Positions 1-9,989 of a stretch of 64,000 nt of DNA are shown here, piece after piece. Source of the stretch: a bacterium (GTDB lineage: Bacteria; UBA8248; JACPRG01; G963555815); contig CBDHDG010000006.1 in the NCBI GenBank assembly GCA_965261595.1, positions 768,001 to 832,000 of the forward strand, given 5' to 3'. The notes beneath the pieces are model-generated. The model saw only the letters and a program-made list of their open reading frames with translations. It had not been told where the DNA came from and did no database searches. The translations under genes and the position numbers were made by a program. The first letter of the stretch is position 1, and the number at the start of each line of letters is the position of its first letter.

Positions 1-26
1 GGCTTCAAGAGGCCCTGGCCCGGCTG

Positions 27-956
27 TTGCGGGAGGTGGCGGCCGGCCAGCGGCTTCGGCTGGACTCCCTGCTTCCGTTGGTCGATCAGATGGTGACGCG
101 GGATGATCTGCTGAAAGGTCCGCTGTCGAAAATCGCGCTGGGCCATGGAAGCCCGGACAACGCTCTCTCGGACCACCTCCTTCACGTGGCCATCCTTTCG
201 CTCAAGATGGGGAAGGAGCTGGGGTGGGAAGTCGCGCGGCTCCGCCGGCTTGCGGCGGCGTCCTTGTTGCACGATGTCGGAATGTGCCTCGTCCCGCGGA
301 ACATTCGCCACAAGAGAGGGCTCCTCACCTCCAGTGAGCGGGCGGTCCTGCGCCGCCATTCCGGTTACGGCTATCAGATCATCAAGGCCCTCGGAGGCGG
401 CGAATTCGAAGGGATAGCCAACGCCGTCCGTCAGGAGCATGAGCGGGAAGACGGCTCCGGATATCCCCTAGGCCTCTCCGGCGGGGCCATCGATGAAATG
501 TCCAAGGTCATTGCGGTCTCCGACGTCTACGAGGCGGTCTCCGACGTCTACGAGGCGCTCACCTCCGAACGGCCCCACCGCGCCGGCGTGCTCCCGAACC
601 AGGCCATCAAGGAGATGGTTGACGTCCGCCAGCGGGAGTTCTCCCCGCGCGTGTTGAAGGCGATGCTCAACCAGATCTCCATCTTCCCTTTGGGCAGCCT
701 GGTGGTTTTGAACACGGGCGCCATCGCCCGGGTGATCGAGGTTCACGAGGATTTGCCCATGCACCCCACTGTCCAGTTCATCCATGGATCCGGCGGGGAG
801 GACGACCGGGTGCTCTCCCTCAAAGAGAACCCCCACATCCACATCCGGGACAGCGTCGATGAGGCGAACCTGGAAAAGCTTCAGTACGCCCTGAAAATGG
901 AGCGCGCCGCCGGCCGATACTTCGTCAGCAATCGCATCCGGAGGCGGCGGAAATGA
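27..956 (+). CDS. HD-GYP domain protein (c-di-GMP phosphodiesterase-like), possibly starting before the window
   Basis: LLHDVG, QEHEREDGSGYP and DVYEALTSERPHR motifs. Confidence 0.85.
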   Translation: MREVAAGQRLRLDSLLPLVDQMVTRDDLLKGPLSKIALGHGSPDNALSDHLLHVAILSLKMGKELGWEVARLRRLAAASLLHDVGMCLVPRNIRHKRGLLTSSERAVLRRHSGYGYQIIKALGGGEFEGIANAVRQEHEREDGSGYPLGLSGGAIDEMSKVIAVSDVYEAVSDVYEALTSERPHRAGVLPNQAIKEMVDVRQREFSPRVLKAMLNQISIFPLGSLVVLNTGAIARVIEVHEDLPMHPTVQFIHGSGGEDDRVLSLKENPHIHIRDSVDEANLEKLQYALKMERAAGRYFVSNRIRRRRK

Positions 957-1469
957 ACCGGGCCGGGGAGGGGGCCGCGTAACGCCCCCGGTCAAATCCC
1001 TCCTGGACCGGCAAAGACACCGCTTGGCTCTCAGAGAAAAGATTCCCTTCCCGCGTCCCGCGTCGGGAACGGGACCCTTCCCGGTCAACCTTCCAGCCTC
1101 ACCCTCACCCCGTTTTCCGCGTCAGCGGGTCCGGGGCGCCGCCGGCCTCATCCATGAGCCGTTCGGGCCGTCCCGCTCCTCCAGCCGAAAAATGCCGGGT
1201 AACACCGCGTAAAAATTGCGGTTCCGGCCGAATCATCATCAGGACGGTCCGGCGCCCGCCCCCCAAGGGGTTGGCGCGGGATTACCGGGTCTCCTTTTGC
1301 TGGGGAGGGCCCTTGAAGGTTGCGGGCCTCCGGGTCCCGGGGGTATCATTCCATCTTCCTGATTTCGTCGGATGAGTGTCGCCCGCGCTCCCGCCATGAT
1401 GAGGAAGAGGGGACGGAGGATCGCCTCCATCCCGGCGGCCTGCCCTTGCAACACTGGAGATCGAGAAGG

Positions 1470-2387
1470 ATGGAAAAGCGCGCGCTCGGACAAACCGGAT
1501 TGGAATTGACCATCATCGGCTTTGGCGCGATGACCATCGGCGGAATCTTCGGACCCGTGGACGACGCCGAGAGCATCCAGACCCTCCACGCGGCCATCGA
1601 CGCGGGGATCAATTTCATCGACACCTCCGACGCCTATGGCCAGGGGCGGAGTGAAGAGGTGATCGGCAAGTTCCTCAAGGAGCGTTCCGACCGGGACGGG
1701 ATCATCATCGGCTCCAAGGGCGGGAACAACATGGTGACGGGAGTCTACGACTTCTCGGCGGAATACATCCGCGGGTGCGTCGAGGGAAGTCTCAAGCGCC
1801 TCGGCGTGGACGCCCTCGACCTCTACCTCCTCCACAACCCCACGGTGGACAACCTCAACGCCGAGGACAGTTTCGACCTGCTCGATGAATTCAAGTCCCA
1901 GGGCAAGATCAAGCACTGGGGCGTTTCGTTGAACACCCTGCCCGAGTGCGAGCTCGCCGTCTCGTGCGGCCGGCCCGCGGTCATGCAGATGGAATACAAC
2001 GTCCTCCAGCAGGGACCCGAGGCGGTCTTCGCCCAGGCGAAGGCGGCGGGGGTGGGCGTCATCTCGCGCGTACCCCTCAGGCGGGGCTTCCTTTCAGGAC
2101 GCTTTGGGGAGGACCACGTCTTCGTCGAGGGAGACCGGCGCAGCCGGATCCTGAGCCAAGAGAACATGCGGAAGTTCCAGGCCGGCCTGGACAGGATCCA
2201 GGAGACGGCGGCCGAGGCGGACCGGCCCCCGGCCGAGGTGGCGATTCGCTTCTGCGTTTCGAACCCGAACGTCACAACGGACATCCCGGGGATCCGCACA
2301 TCGGAGCAGGCCAGACAGAACGCCGCCGGCGGCGCGCCCCTGTCCGCGGATCTGGTGGAAAAGCTTCGGGGGGTCTCCCTCGCATAG
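1470..2387 (+). CDS. Aldo/keto reductase
   Basis: MEKRALGQTGL, GINFIDTSDAYG, SLKRLGVDALDLYLLHNP; ATG at 1470. Confidence 0.9.
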   Translation: MEKRALGQTGLELTIIGFGAMTIGGIFGPVDDAESIQTLHAAIDAGINFIDTSDAYGQGRSEEVIGKFLKERSDRDGIIIGSKGGNNMVTGVYDFSAEYIRGCVEGSLKRLGVDALDLYLLHNPTVDNLNAEDSFDLLDEFKSQGKIKHWGVSLNTLPECELAVSCGRPAVMQMEYNVLQQGPEAVFAQAKAAGVGVISRVPLRRGFLSGRFGEDHVFVEGDRRSRILSQENMRKFQAGLDRIQETAAEADRPPAEVAIRFCVSNPNVTTDIPGIRTSEQARQNAAGGAPLSADLVEKLRGVSLA

Positions 2388-2634
2388 CGGGGAGGGCTCT
2401 CCGTCGCGCGCGAATCGGAAGGCCGCGGACCGGGAGGCGGCTGAGCAGTTCGTCCCGGCTCGAGAGGCGTGATGTCACGCCCGCTGCGGAGTCGTAACCG
2501 GCTCAGCGCTCGAATTTCCGTGCGCTATGTCATGGACGGCGTCCCGCGAGTCCCGGGCGAGATGCACCGGGGGACCGCGAAGACCGCCGGCACGCCCCGC
2601 GTCATCAACGAACCACTTTGAGGAGAAGCGCTTG

Positions 2635-3315
2635 ATGAACCGCGACGCCGCGGCGGGAATGCTCCTCTCGCAGATGGAATGCCCCGCCTCGATGGAGGCT
2701 GAGTTTCACGACTGGTACGACCACGAGCACATCCCCGAGCGCATGATCGTCCCCGGATTTCAGAGCACGATGCGTTATGAGGTCGAGGGTGACGGGCCGC
2801 GATACCTCGCCCGGTATAACCTGGAAGACCTGTCCGCCCTCGAGCATCCCGACTACGTGAAGGTGAAGGCGAACCCGTCGAAGAGGACGGAGAAAATCCT
2901 TTCGTCCGTCTCGCTGTTCACCCGCTATATCGCCACGGTCTTCTCCGACCGGCGTCAGGACGGCGCGCCCGAGCGGCCCGAGGAGGCGCCGTACATCCTG
3001 ATCGCAGCCTTCGCCGTCCCCCCGGAAGAGGAAAAGGACTTCGACGCCTGGTACGAAGAGGAGCACACCGACCTGCTCATGAAGGCCGAGGGTTGGTGGC
3101 GGTGCGTCCGGCTGAAGGTGGACTCCGGGGAGCCCGAGCCCTGGACCGACATTGCCGTCCACGAGGTCGCCGGCCTCGCCACCCTCGAGTCCCCCGAGCG
3201 GATGGAATCCCGAAAGACGCCGTGGGCCCGGCGCATGCAAAGCCGGCCCTGGTTCCAGGCGGGGGGGATGATCGTGTACCGGAAGTTCGCCGCTTTCGAT
3301 TCCCGGGAGGGATGA
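2635..3315 (+). CDS. Hypothetical protein with two EthD/DUF4286-like domains
   Basis: Repeated EFHDWYDHEH / DFDAWYEEEH motif; GAGGAG upstream. Confidence 0.65.
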   Translation: MNRDAAAGMLLSQMECPASMEAEFHDWYDHEHIPERMIVPGFQSTMRYEVEGDGPRYLARYNLEDLSALEHPDYVKVKANPSKRTEKILSSVSLFTRYIATVFSDRRQDGAPERPEEAPYILIAAFAVPPEEEKDFDAWYEEEHTDLLMKAEGWWRCVRLKVDSGEPEPWTDIAVHEVAGLATLESPERMESRKTPWARRMQSRPWFQAGGMIVYRKFAAFDSREG

Positions 3316-3370
3316 ATCAAGGACGCCCGCGGGGGGATTGGCGTCCCGCCGGGATCAGGGAGGATTCAGG

Positions 3371-4543
3371 ATGGAAACCCTTGCGATAACCAACATCGGC
3401 GCGATGATTTCCGGCTCACTCGAAACCGGTCTGATCGACGCGGACACCCTGCTCGTGGAAGACGGCCGGATCGCCGAAATCGGCAATGGCCTGGACACCT
3501 CCGGGGCCGACCGGGTTCTGGATTGTGTGGGGACCACCGTCGCTCCGGGTCTGATTGACGGCCACCTTCACGTCGTCATCGGCGACTACACGCCCCGCCA
3601 GAAAACGGTGGATTTCCTGGAGAGCTGGGTTCACGGCGGCGTCACCAGCGGCGTCTCGCCCAGCGAGGTCCACGCGCCCGGCCGCCCGAGCGACCCGGTG
3701 GGGGTCAAGGCCCTGGCCATCGCCGCCCAGCGGTGTTTCAGCAACTTCCGGCCGGGCGGGCTCAAGATGCACGCGGGGTCGGTGATCATCGAGCCCGGGT
3801 TGAGAGAGAAGGATTTCGAGGAGCTGGCCGAGGCGGGCGTGTGGCTTGCCAAGGTGGGGTTTGGAAACTTCGAGCGCCAAGTGGATTGCGCGCCCATCGT
3901 CCGGGCCGCCCAGCGCCACGGGTTGAAGGTCCTGTGCCATACGGGCGGCGCGTCCATCCCCGGAAGCTCCTCCGTCATGGCCGAGGACCTGATCGAGATC
4001 CAACCCGACATGGCGGCCCACATCAACGGCGGCACGACGGCGCTGCCGGACGAGGGCCTGGAGCGGATCATAGTGGAGACCGAGATCGCCCTTCAGATTT
4101 GCCAATGCGGAAACCTGCGGGCCGCGCTCCTGACCGTCGAGCGGTGTGTGGCGTTGGGCCGGCTGGACCGGATCAACATCGCCAGCGACTCCCCCTCCGG
4201 AACCGGCATCCTCCCCATGGGGGTGATCAAGTCGATCGTAGAGCTCTCCTCGATGGCCCCCCTGAGACCGGAAGACGCCTGGGCGCTGGGCAGCGGCACG
4301 CCGGCGGACCACTGGGGGCTCGGCGATCAGGGCAAGATCGAGGTGGGCCGGGCGGCCGACCTCGTCATCATGGACGCGCCCCTCGGCTCCGCGGCCCCGG
4401 ACGCGGTGGGCGCCATCGCCATCGGGGACATCCCGGGGATCACCGGCGTTCTCATCGACGGCCGGGCCTGGGTGATGAAAAGCCGGAACACGCCGGCCTC
4501 GACGCGGTTCTGCAAATGGGTCCGCGTGAGCGCGGCGGACTAG
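3371..4543 (+). CDS. Amidohydrolase, enamidase-like
   Basis: PGLIDGHLH, GDYTPRQKTVDF, HTGGASIPGSS, HINGG, KSRNTP resemble Eubacterium barkeri enamidase (from memory). Confidence 0.8.
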   Translation: METLAITNIGAMISGSLETGLIDADTLLVEDGRIAEIGNGLDTSGADRVLDCVGTTVAPGLIDGHLHVVIGDYTPRQKTVDFLESWVHGGVTSGVSPSEVHAPGRPSDPVGVKALAIAAQRCFSNFRPGGLKMHAGSVIIEPGLREKDFEELAEAGVWLAKVGFGNFERQVDCAPIVRAAQRHGLKVLCHTGGASIPGSSSVMAEDLIEIQPDMAAHINGGTTALPDEGLERIIVETEIALQICQCGNLRAALLTVERCVALGRLDRINIASDSPSGTGILPMGVIKSIVELSSMAPLRPEDAWALGSGTPADHWGLGDQGKIEVGRAADLVIMDAPLGSAAPDAVGAIAIGDIPGITGVLIDGRAWVMKSRNTPASTRFCKWVRVSAAD

Positions 4544-4653
4544 GCGAGAGGCCTCCGGCGCGCCGGGACGCGCGAAAACCGGATTCCTCACCCACACGGG
4601 ACAATCCGCAGGGGCGCCCCCCCTCCCCCTCCTCCCCCCCATGTGGGCGCGGC

Positions 4654-5091
4654 TCAGCGCGCGATCAGGACGCCCTTCATACCGAAAGTTCGGTGACCGG
4701 GTTTGTCGCAGTAGAGGATGTACTCCCCGGCCCCGGGAAGACGGGAGGTCCCCAGACGCCTTTCCCCGGCAGGGAGATCCAGGGAAAGGATCACCTTGCC
4801 GTCCGGCGTCTCGACCGTGAGGTTGTGGGCCAGGGAGGCGCCGTTCTTGACCTTGAGCTGGAGGTTTTCCCCGGCCGAGGCGAGGATCCGGTTGGGGCGG
4901 AAGTGAAAGCTCCCGGCTTCGATGGAGATCGCCTCCTCACCGGCCCGGACCTTCCGGGCGCGTCCCTCGACAGCCGACACCGGCGCGCACCCCGCCGCCG
5001 CCAACCCCAGAACAACCAGGACCATTCCGGGCAGCCATCGCCCGGCCGGCAGAGCGAACCGCCTTGCGGCATCCAGCAAATCCCGCAGCAT
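4654..5091 (-). CDS. Cupredoxin-domain lipoprotein
   Basis: LAAAGC lipobox-like site, HN and YCDKPGHRTFGMKG copper-site pattern. Confidence 0.8.
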   Translation of the reverse strand: MLRDLLDAARRFALPAGRWLPGMVLVVLGLAAAGCAPVSAVEGRARKVRAGEEAISIEAGSFHFRPNRILASAGENLQLKVKNGASLAHNLTVETPDGKVILSLDLPAGERRLGTSRLPGAGEYILYCDKPGHRTFGMKGVLIAR

Positions 5092-5358
5092 GCCTGACCT
5101 CCTTTCGGGAATCTCCGCGGACGTTCGTATTCAAGCCTATGTCCGCGGGGATGACCCAGGACGGAAGATGGGGAGGGGGGACGAGGGGGGGGGGGTGAGC
5201 CTCCGCCTATTCCCGCTCGATGGATGGGGCTAAGCGTCTCTCGTCTTTTCGGGCCGATGGTTTTCCCGTGATTATGCCTTTGACGCAGTAAGACACAAGA
5301 TATAGGTGCGATTTTGAGACACTACATGTTGTGGTTATCCAACAGGAGGGGGTCACTT

Positions 5359-5574
5359 TTAGGGACCCGTGGAACCACATATCCTCCCATTGATGATGGC
5401 TGGTGGCCCGACGTAAGAGCCCCGAATTTCGAGTGGGATGCGTTTCTTCGGCGGTTTCTTATTCCTTATCCCCATCAAGTAGAAACCCGCATAGAAGAGA
5501 AGATCAATAACCCTAGAGGCTGCTTCGGAGATGAACCATCCAAAAACGTCAAATCCTTCATATCTAAATTCCAT
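5359..5574 (-). CDS. Small hypothetical membrane protein (cassette passenger)
   Basis: GGAGAG upstream of ATG, hydrophobic stretch; 71 aa. Confidence 0.4.
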   Translation of the reverse strand: MEFRYEGFDVFGWFISEAASRVIDLLFYAGFYLMGIRNKKPPKKRIPLEIRGSYVGPPAIINGRICGSTGP

Positions 5575-5608
5575 TGCCTGGGCTCTCCAAGCTGCGGGTT
5601 AATGGAAC

Positions 5609-5641
5609 GCCACGGCTGGGGCCGTATACCCCAGCCGTGGC
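5609..5641 (-). terminator. Strong hairpin just after the 5644-6000 ORF
   Basis: GCCACGGCTGGGG ... CCCCAGCCGTGGC 13-bp stem; no clear U tract. Confidence 0.5.
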
Positions 5642-5643
5642 AC

Positions 5644-6000
5644 TTATTCACACGCGATGTCCTGTTGCGCCGATGCAATCCTCACTTCAAATTCACCGGC
5701 AAACCTGAATATCACCTTCTCAAGTTTGGGACTATTGAGATACCTATGTTGGGGCGGGTGTTTCCTGACAAAAAATACACGCCTCCGCTTTTTGTTGAAT
5801 CTTCCTCCAAGTCTCTCTACGGCCAAGTAGTCTCTGTCCTGAAGAACCTGCACCAGCAGTTTAAGTTTTCTCGGGGAGACATAGGCGGGTCGGCTAAAAG
5901 CCTTTTCCTTAAGAAAGCATTTCTTCCTCTTTTCCGCTCCTTCCCCCGTAACTGGGATTTGAGACACGAGAACAAACAAAACTCCGATCAACAAATACAT
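5644..6000 (-). CDS. Hypothetical secreted basic protein (cassette passenger)
   Basis: GGAGG RBS before ATG at 6000; signal-like MYLLIGVLFVLVSQIPVTG; K/R-rich. Confidence 0.55.
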   Translation of the reverse strand: MYLLIGVLFVLVSQIPVTGEGAEKRKKCFLKEKAFSRPAYVSPRKLKLLVQVLQDRDYLAVERLGGRFNKKRRRVFFVRKHPPQHRYLNSPKLEKVIFRFAGEFEVRIASAQQDIACE

Positions 6001-6291
6001 GGCATTTCCTCCGTCATCGAACGCACATCCAGAAAAACGAGGTTGACACGGGCTTGGGGATTTGCTACAAGGAGGGTCTGTGAGGTCCTCTCTTGTAGCA
6101 ACGCCCCGGGGTTCCCTCGGGGCTTCCACCCTTTGAAGTTCCATATACCACATGTAGTGGGTCGGATTCAATTTTCGAGGGACCACCATATCTTGTGTCT
6201 TACTGCGTCAAGGGCATAATCACGGGTTTTCCCACCCCGCGTCTGACAGGGTGGGCGTAAGCTCGCCTCTTATCCTTGTGAGAAGCGCGGG

Positions 6292-7166
6292 TCACCCCCC
6301 CCCGCGCGAGTTCGAGATCAGGGCGATGCCGATACAGACCACAACCGCGCTGATCGCCAGACGCCACGTGATCTGTTCCAGGTGCTGAAAGAAGATGCGC
6401 GAGATCAAGGAGGAAAACAGCGCCATCGTGTAAATCAGGGGAGTGGTGAAACTGACGCTCGAATCGCCCATGGCCGAGAAGTACGCGAAAAAGGCCGTCG
6501 AATAAAAGACGCCCGCGGCGAGAAAGGTCAGGAACGCCTTGCGGTCCAGGGTCCATCGGTTGTCCCGGGGGATCGCCGGCGTCATCGCGAACATGAAAAA
6601 CAGCGCCCCAGGGCGGAAACGGCGTTCCCGAAGATCCGATCCGCCTGCGCCAGCAGTCCCAGCCGCATGAACACGGGGCTCGTGCTGTAAGCCAGGGCGG
6701 GGAGCAACCCCAGGAGCGCGGTCCGGAGATGGATGCGGATCTTCGAGCGGTCCATCACAACGTTCATGATCCCGCCGACGATGAGGAGGGCGCCGGCCAA
6801 CAATAGGAGCGAGGGGCGCTCGCCCAGGAACGCCACGGCGATCAGGATGCTGAACAGCGGGGTGAACGCCACCATGACAGACGCGCGCGACACCCCAATC
6901 CGCCGGACGCTGAAGTAAAACAGTAGCCGTCCGGGACCCGTCGAGCAAAGCCCCATCAGCAGAAACCACATCGCCGCCGTCCAGGAATTCTCCGGACCCA
7001 GCCCCCGGAGGTAGAGCGCGGCCGCGAAGGCCACAAAAACCACGGACGACGTGATGACAGCCGCAACGTAGGGGCCGGCGGTCCGGATCCCCAGACGGGT
7101 GAGGACATCACCGGTCCCGAACAGGAATCCGGCGAACAGTCCCCATAGAAGAGCCGTGCTCAGCAT
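6292..7166 (-). pseudogene. EamA/DMT transporter, frameshifted near 6605
   Basis: Two frames join into a full paralogue of the adjacent DMT gene (RRIGVSRAS, FLGERPS, LEQITWRL). Confidence 0.8.
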
Positions 7167-7371
7167 GCGCCGCCTTCGAAGTCGAGCGGGAAGATCGATA
7201 TCCAACCCGGACCGGATCGGACAAATGCCCGGCGGGCCTTCCGCCGGGAGACATTATGCCACCGTGGACGCACGTCGTGCAGACCGTCCTTGAACCGAGA
7301 CCTCTCCTCGCGTGTCGGAGAGACCCAAGGGGGCGGGAAAAGGGGGCCGCCTTCGGCTCGGGGCCTTACCC

Positions 7372-8229
7372 TCACTTGGAGATGGATATCAGGAAAACCC
7401 CGATAAAGACCACCACGCCCCCAACGGCGAGCCGCCCCGTGATTTGTTCGAGACTTTGAAAGAGAAGGCGGGCGAGCAGGATGGCGAACAGGGGCGAGGT
7501 GAAAGCGAGGGACGCGACAAAGCTGACGATTTCCGAGCCGAGGGCCGCGTGGTAGGCATAGAACACGACATTGTAGCATACGCCCGCGCCGAGGAATGTC
7601 AGGAACCCGCGCCGATCCGCGCCCCACCGGTCCTCGCGGGGGACGGCTTTTTGCGATGTCAGGAGCAAGATCAGCGCCCCAACGGACGAGAGCAGGCTTC
7701 CCAGAGAGGGATCGGGCAGGGATTGCATCCCCAACCGGATGAAAAAAGGCGTCAGGCTGAGGAAGAGAGTGGGCAACAGGCCGAGCAAGACGGCCCGGCG
7801 GTCAATCCGAATGCCCCCGCGGTCGGTCACAACGCTGAGCAAGCCCCCGACGATGATCACCGCGCCGAGAACCACGCGCCATGACGGCCGCTCCCCCAAC
7901 AGGGCCACGGCCGTGAGCATGCTGATCAGCGGGGTGACGATCACCAGGACCGAGGCCCGGGAGACCCCGATCCGGCGAATGCTGTAGTAGAACAGGAGCC
8001 TGCCGGGCCCGATCGCCGCCGCCCCCGTCAACAGGAACCAGCCCATGGCGGGCCAGAGGGGTCCGGCTTGCACCCCTTGGGCTGACACGATGACCGCAAA
8101 GAAAATGAGGCTTGCCCCGGAGTTGATGATCGCCCCGGTGAAGGGGGTTCCGTTGCGCAACCCCAACCGGGTCAACAGGTCTCCGCACCCGAAAGCAAAC
8201 CCGCACACCAGCCCCCAAAACAGTCCCAT
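7372..8229 (-). CDS. EamA/DMT transporter
   Basis: ~10 hydrophobic segments, RRIGVSRASVL, LLGERPS. Confidence 0.85.
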   Translation of the reverse strand: MGLFWGLVCGFAFGCGDLLTRLGLRNGTPFTGAIINSGASLIFFAVIVSAQGVQAGPLWPAMGWFLLTGAAAIGPGRLLFYYSIRRIGVSRASVLVIVTPLISMLTAVALLGERPSWRVVLGAVIIVGGLLSVVTDRGGIRIDRRAVLLGLLPTLFLSLTPFFIRLGMQSLPDPSLGSLLSSVGALILLLTSQKAVPREDRWGADRRGFLTFLGAGVCYNVVFYAYHAALGSEIVSFVASLAFTSPLFAILLARLLFQSLEQITGRLAVGGVVVFIGVFLISISK

Positions 8230-8437
8230 CCCCACAATCAGGTTATCCTTGGCCGGGAAAGCGAAATAAACGGCATCTCTTTGGAAAACGGCCCGATCGA
8301 GGACCCGCGAGCTCTCCATTGAAAGCGGCCTTATGCCACGTTGACGAAAAAACGGCAGTGATTTCCTTGCGTGGGCTGCTGTATCATCGGAACTCACGTT
8401 ACCGGGTGCGAATCGGTTTTACAGGAGGGAAACGGCC

Positions 8438-8896
8438 TTGGCCGGCGGCGCGGCGAAATACTTCGAGGACTTCGAAACCGGCGAGCGATTCACAACGAGC
8501 GGACGGACAGTGACGGAGTTCGACGTCATGACGTTCGTCACGCTCACGGGGTACCTGGAACCCCTGTTCATCGACGCGGAGTACATCCGGGAAAAGAGCG
8601 GGTTCGGCGAGCGGATCGCGCCTGGGCTTTTGACGACGGCCTTCGCCGACGCCCTGATCGCCCAAACGGGCGTTCTCCACGGGACGGGGATGGCGCTCCT
8701 CGGGATCGAGGGATTGAAGATGAAGGCCCCCGTGAAGGTGGGCGACACCATCCGGGTGGAGGTGGAGATCACCGAGAAGCGCGAGACCAAAAAACCCGAC
8801 CGGGGGGTGGTGACCTCCAGACAGATCGTCCGCAACCAGCGGGGGGAGACGGTCGTGGAATACACCGTGAGCCGGTTCATCCGGCGGCGCGTTTAG
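8438..8896 (+). CDS. MaoC/PaaZ-like dehydratase (hotdog fold)
   Basis: YFEDFETG, RTVTEFD, GFGERIAPG, PVKVGDTI. Confidence 0.9.
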   Translation: MAGGAAKYFEDFETGERFTTSGRTVTEFDVMTFVTLTGYLEPLFIDAEYIREKSGFGERIAPGLLTTAFADALIAQTGVLHGTGMALLGIEGLKMKAPVKVGDTIRVEVEITEKRETKKPDRGVVTSRQIVRNQRGETVVEYTVSRFIRRRV

Positions 8897-8953
8897 CTTG
8901 AGTTTCTCACAAATTCCCTGAGGGGCGATTACGCTGGGGGGGACATCTTGAAA

Positions 8954-9018
8954 GGCGGCCCTCCGCACCCTGGTGGGGCGGGCTTCCAGCCCGCCCCACC
9001 AGGGTGCGGAGGGCCGCC
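8954..9018. repeat. Perfect 30-bp-stem palindrome built around a REP-like unit, between convergent genes
   Basis: 8954-8983 is the exact reverse complement of 8989-9018. Confidence 0.9.
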
Positions 9019-9034
9019 AAGATGGCCGCTTGCC

Positions 9035-9810
9035 TTAGCGGCAAAGACCCCGTCTTTTCGCAAGGTTATAGTTCCCGCACAGCCCTAACTCACATGCCTG
9101 TTTCCAATCAGGACATGCCCTTTCTTTCTTCCGTAATTTCACCATGTACAGAAAACCTCGGTTGCGGTACGCCAAAGCAAACTTGGGGTTGATCTCCAGG
9201 GTCTTGTTGAAATCGCCAATGGCCCGGTCATACAGACCCTTATTTTTGTAGGCAGCTCCCCGATTGTTGTAGCCTTAGCATCCTTCGGATTGATCTCCAG
9301 GGCCTTGTTGTAATTGACAATCGCCCGGTCATACTGACTTTTCTTCTGGTAAGAGTTTCCCCGATTGTAGTAGGCCCCAGCAAACTTCGGGTTGATCTCC
9401 AGGGCCTTGCTGTAATCGGCGATGCCCCGGTCATGCAGGCCTTTGTTCGCGTAGGCATTTCCCCGATTGTTGTAAGCCTCAGCAAGCTTCGGGTTGATCT
9501 CCAGTGCCTTGTTGTAATCGGCGATGGCCCGGTCATACAGGCCCTTGTTCTCGTAGGCAGCTCCCCGATTGTTGTAAGCCTTAGCATAGTTCGGTCTGAA
9601 CTCCAGTGCCTTGTTGTAATCGGCGATGGCCCGGTCATGCTGGCCTTTCTCGCCGTAGACAATTCCCCGATTGTTGTAAGCCTCAGAATACTTTGGGTTG
9701 ATCTCCAGTGCCTTGTTGTAAACGGAAACGCCGGTAGGTCTTTGACCGCATCCCAATAGGACGAGACCTACAGCGAAGCTGGACAGACTCAATTGAATGC
9801 TCCGTCTCAT
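9035..9810 (-). pseudogene. TPR-repeat lipoprotein, frameshifted near 9270
   Basis: LVLLGC lipobox; 34-aa (102-bp) AYNNRG...ALEINP repeats; restoring one base gives a C-terminus ACPDWKQACELGLC...RGLCR ending at 9035. Confidence 0.85.
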
Positions 9811-9989
9811 CTCCGAGTCCCCTTCTTCCGAGTCATTCCGTTGGAAGATATGTTGTAAAATAGGCTGAAGGATATCATCACAGGCTAGTGCTTGGTTACA
9901 GAGAGCCGCGTCATAAAGGTCGACGTAGCCTCGATCTGAGCGAAGGGCGTAGCCCGTAGCGAAAATCGAGAGAGAGGCCGCGATTTCCG

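Larger units (their letters stand above)
5267..6224. mobile_element. Non-autonomous cassette with IS1595-like terminal inverted repeats and no transposase
   Basis: ~37-bp TIR CGTGATTATGCCYTTGACGCAGTAAGACACAAGATAT at both ends; GGTTTTCC duplicated at 5259-5266 and 6225-6232; interior lower in GC than flanks. Confidence 0.85.

Noticed and set aside
5314..6219. 301-aa plus-strand ORF spanning cassette 1 as its transposase
   Set aside because: No DDE or Zn-ribbon motifs, it runs through the hairpins into the TIR, and minus-strand ORFs have better RBS and signal features
9139..9720. Regular ~102-bp repeats as a CRISPR array or DGR template
   Set aside because: They are coding TPR units without unique spacers, and no reverse transcriptase is in the window
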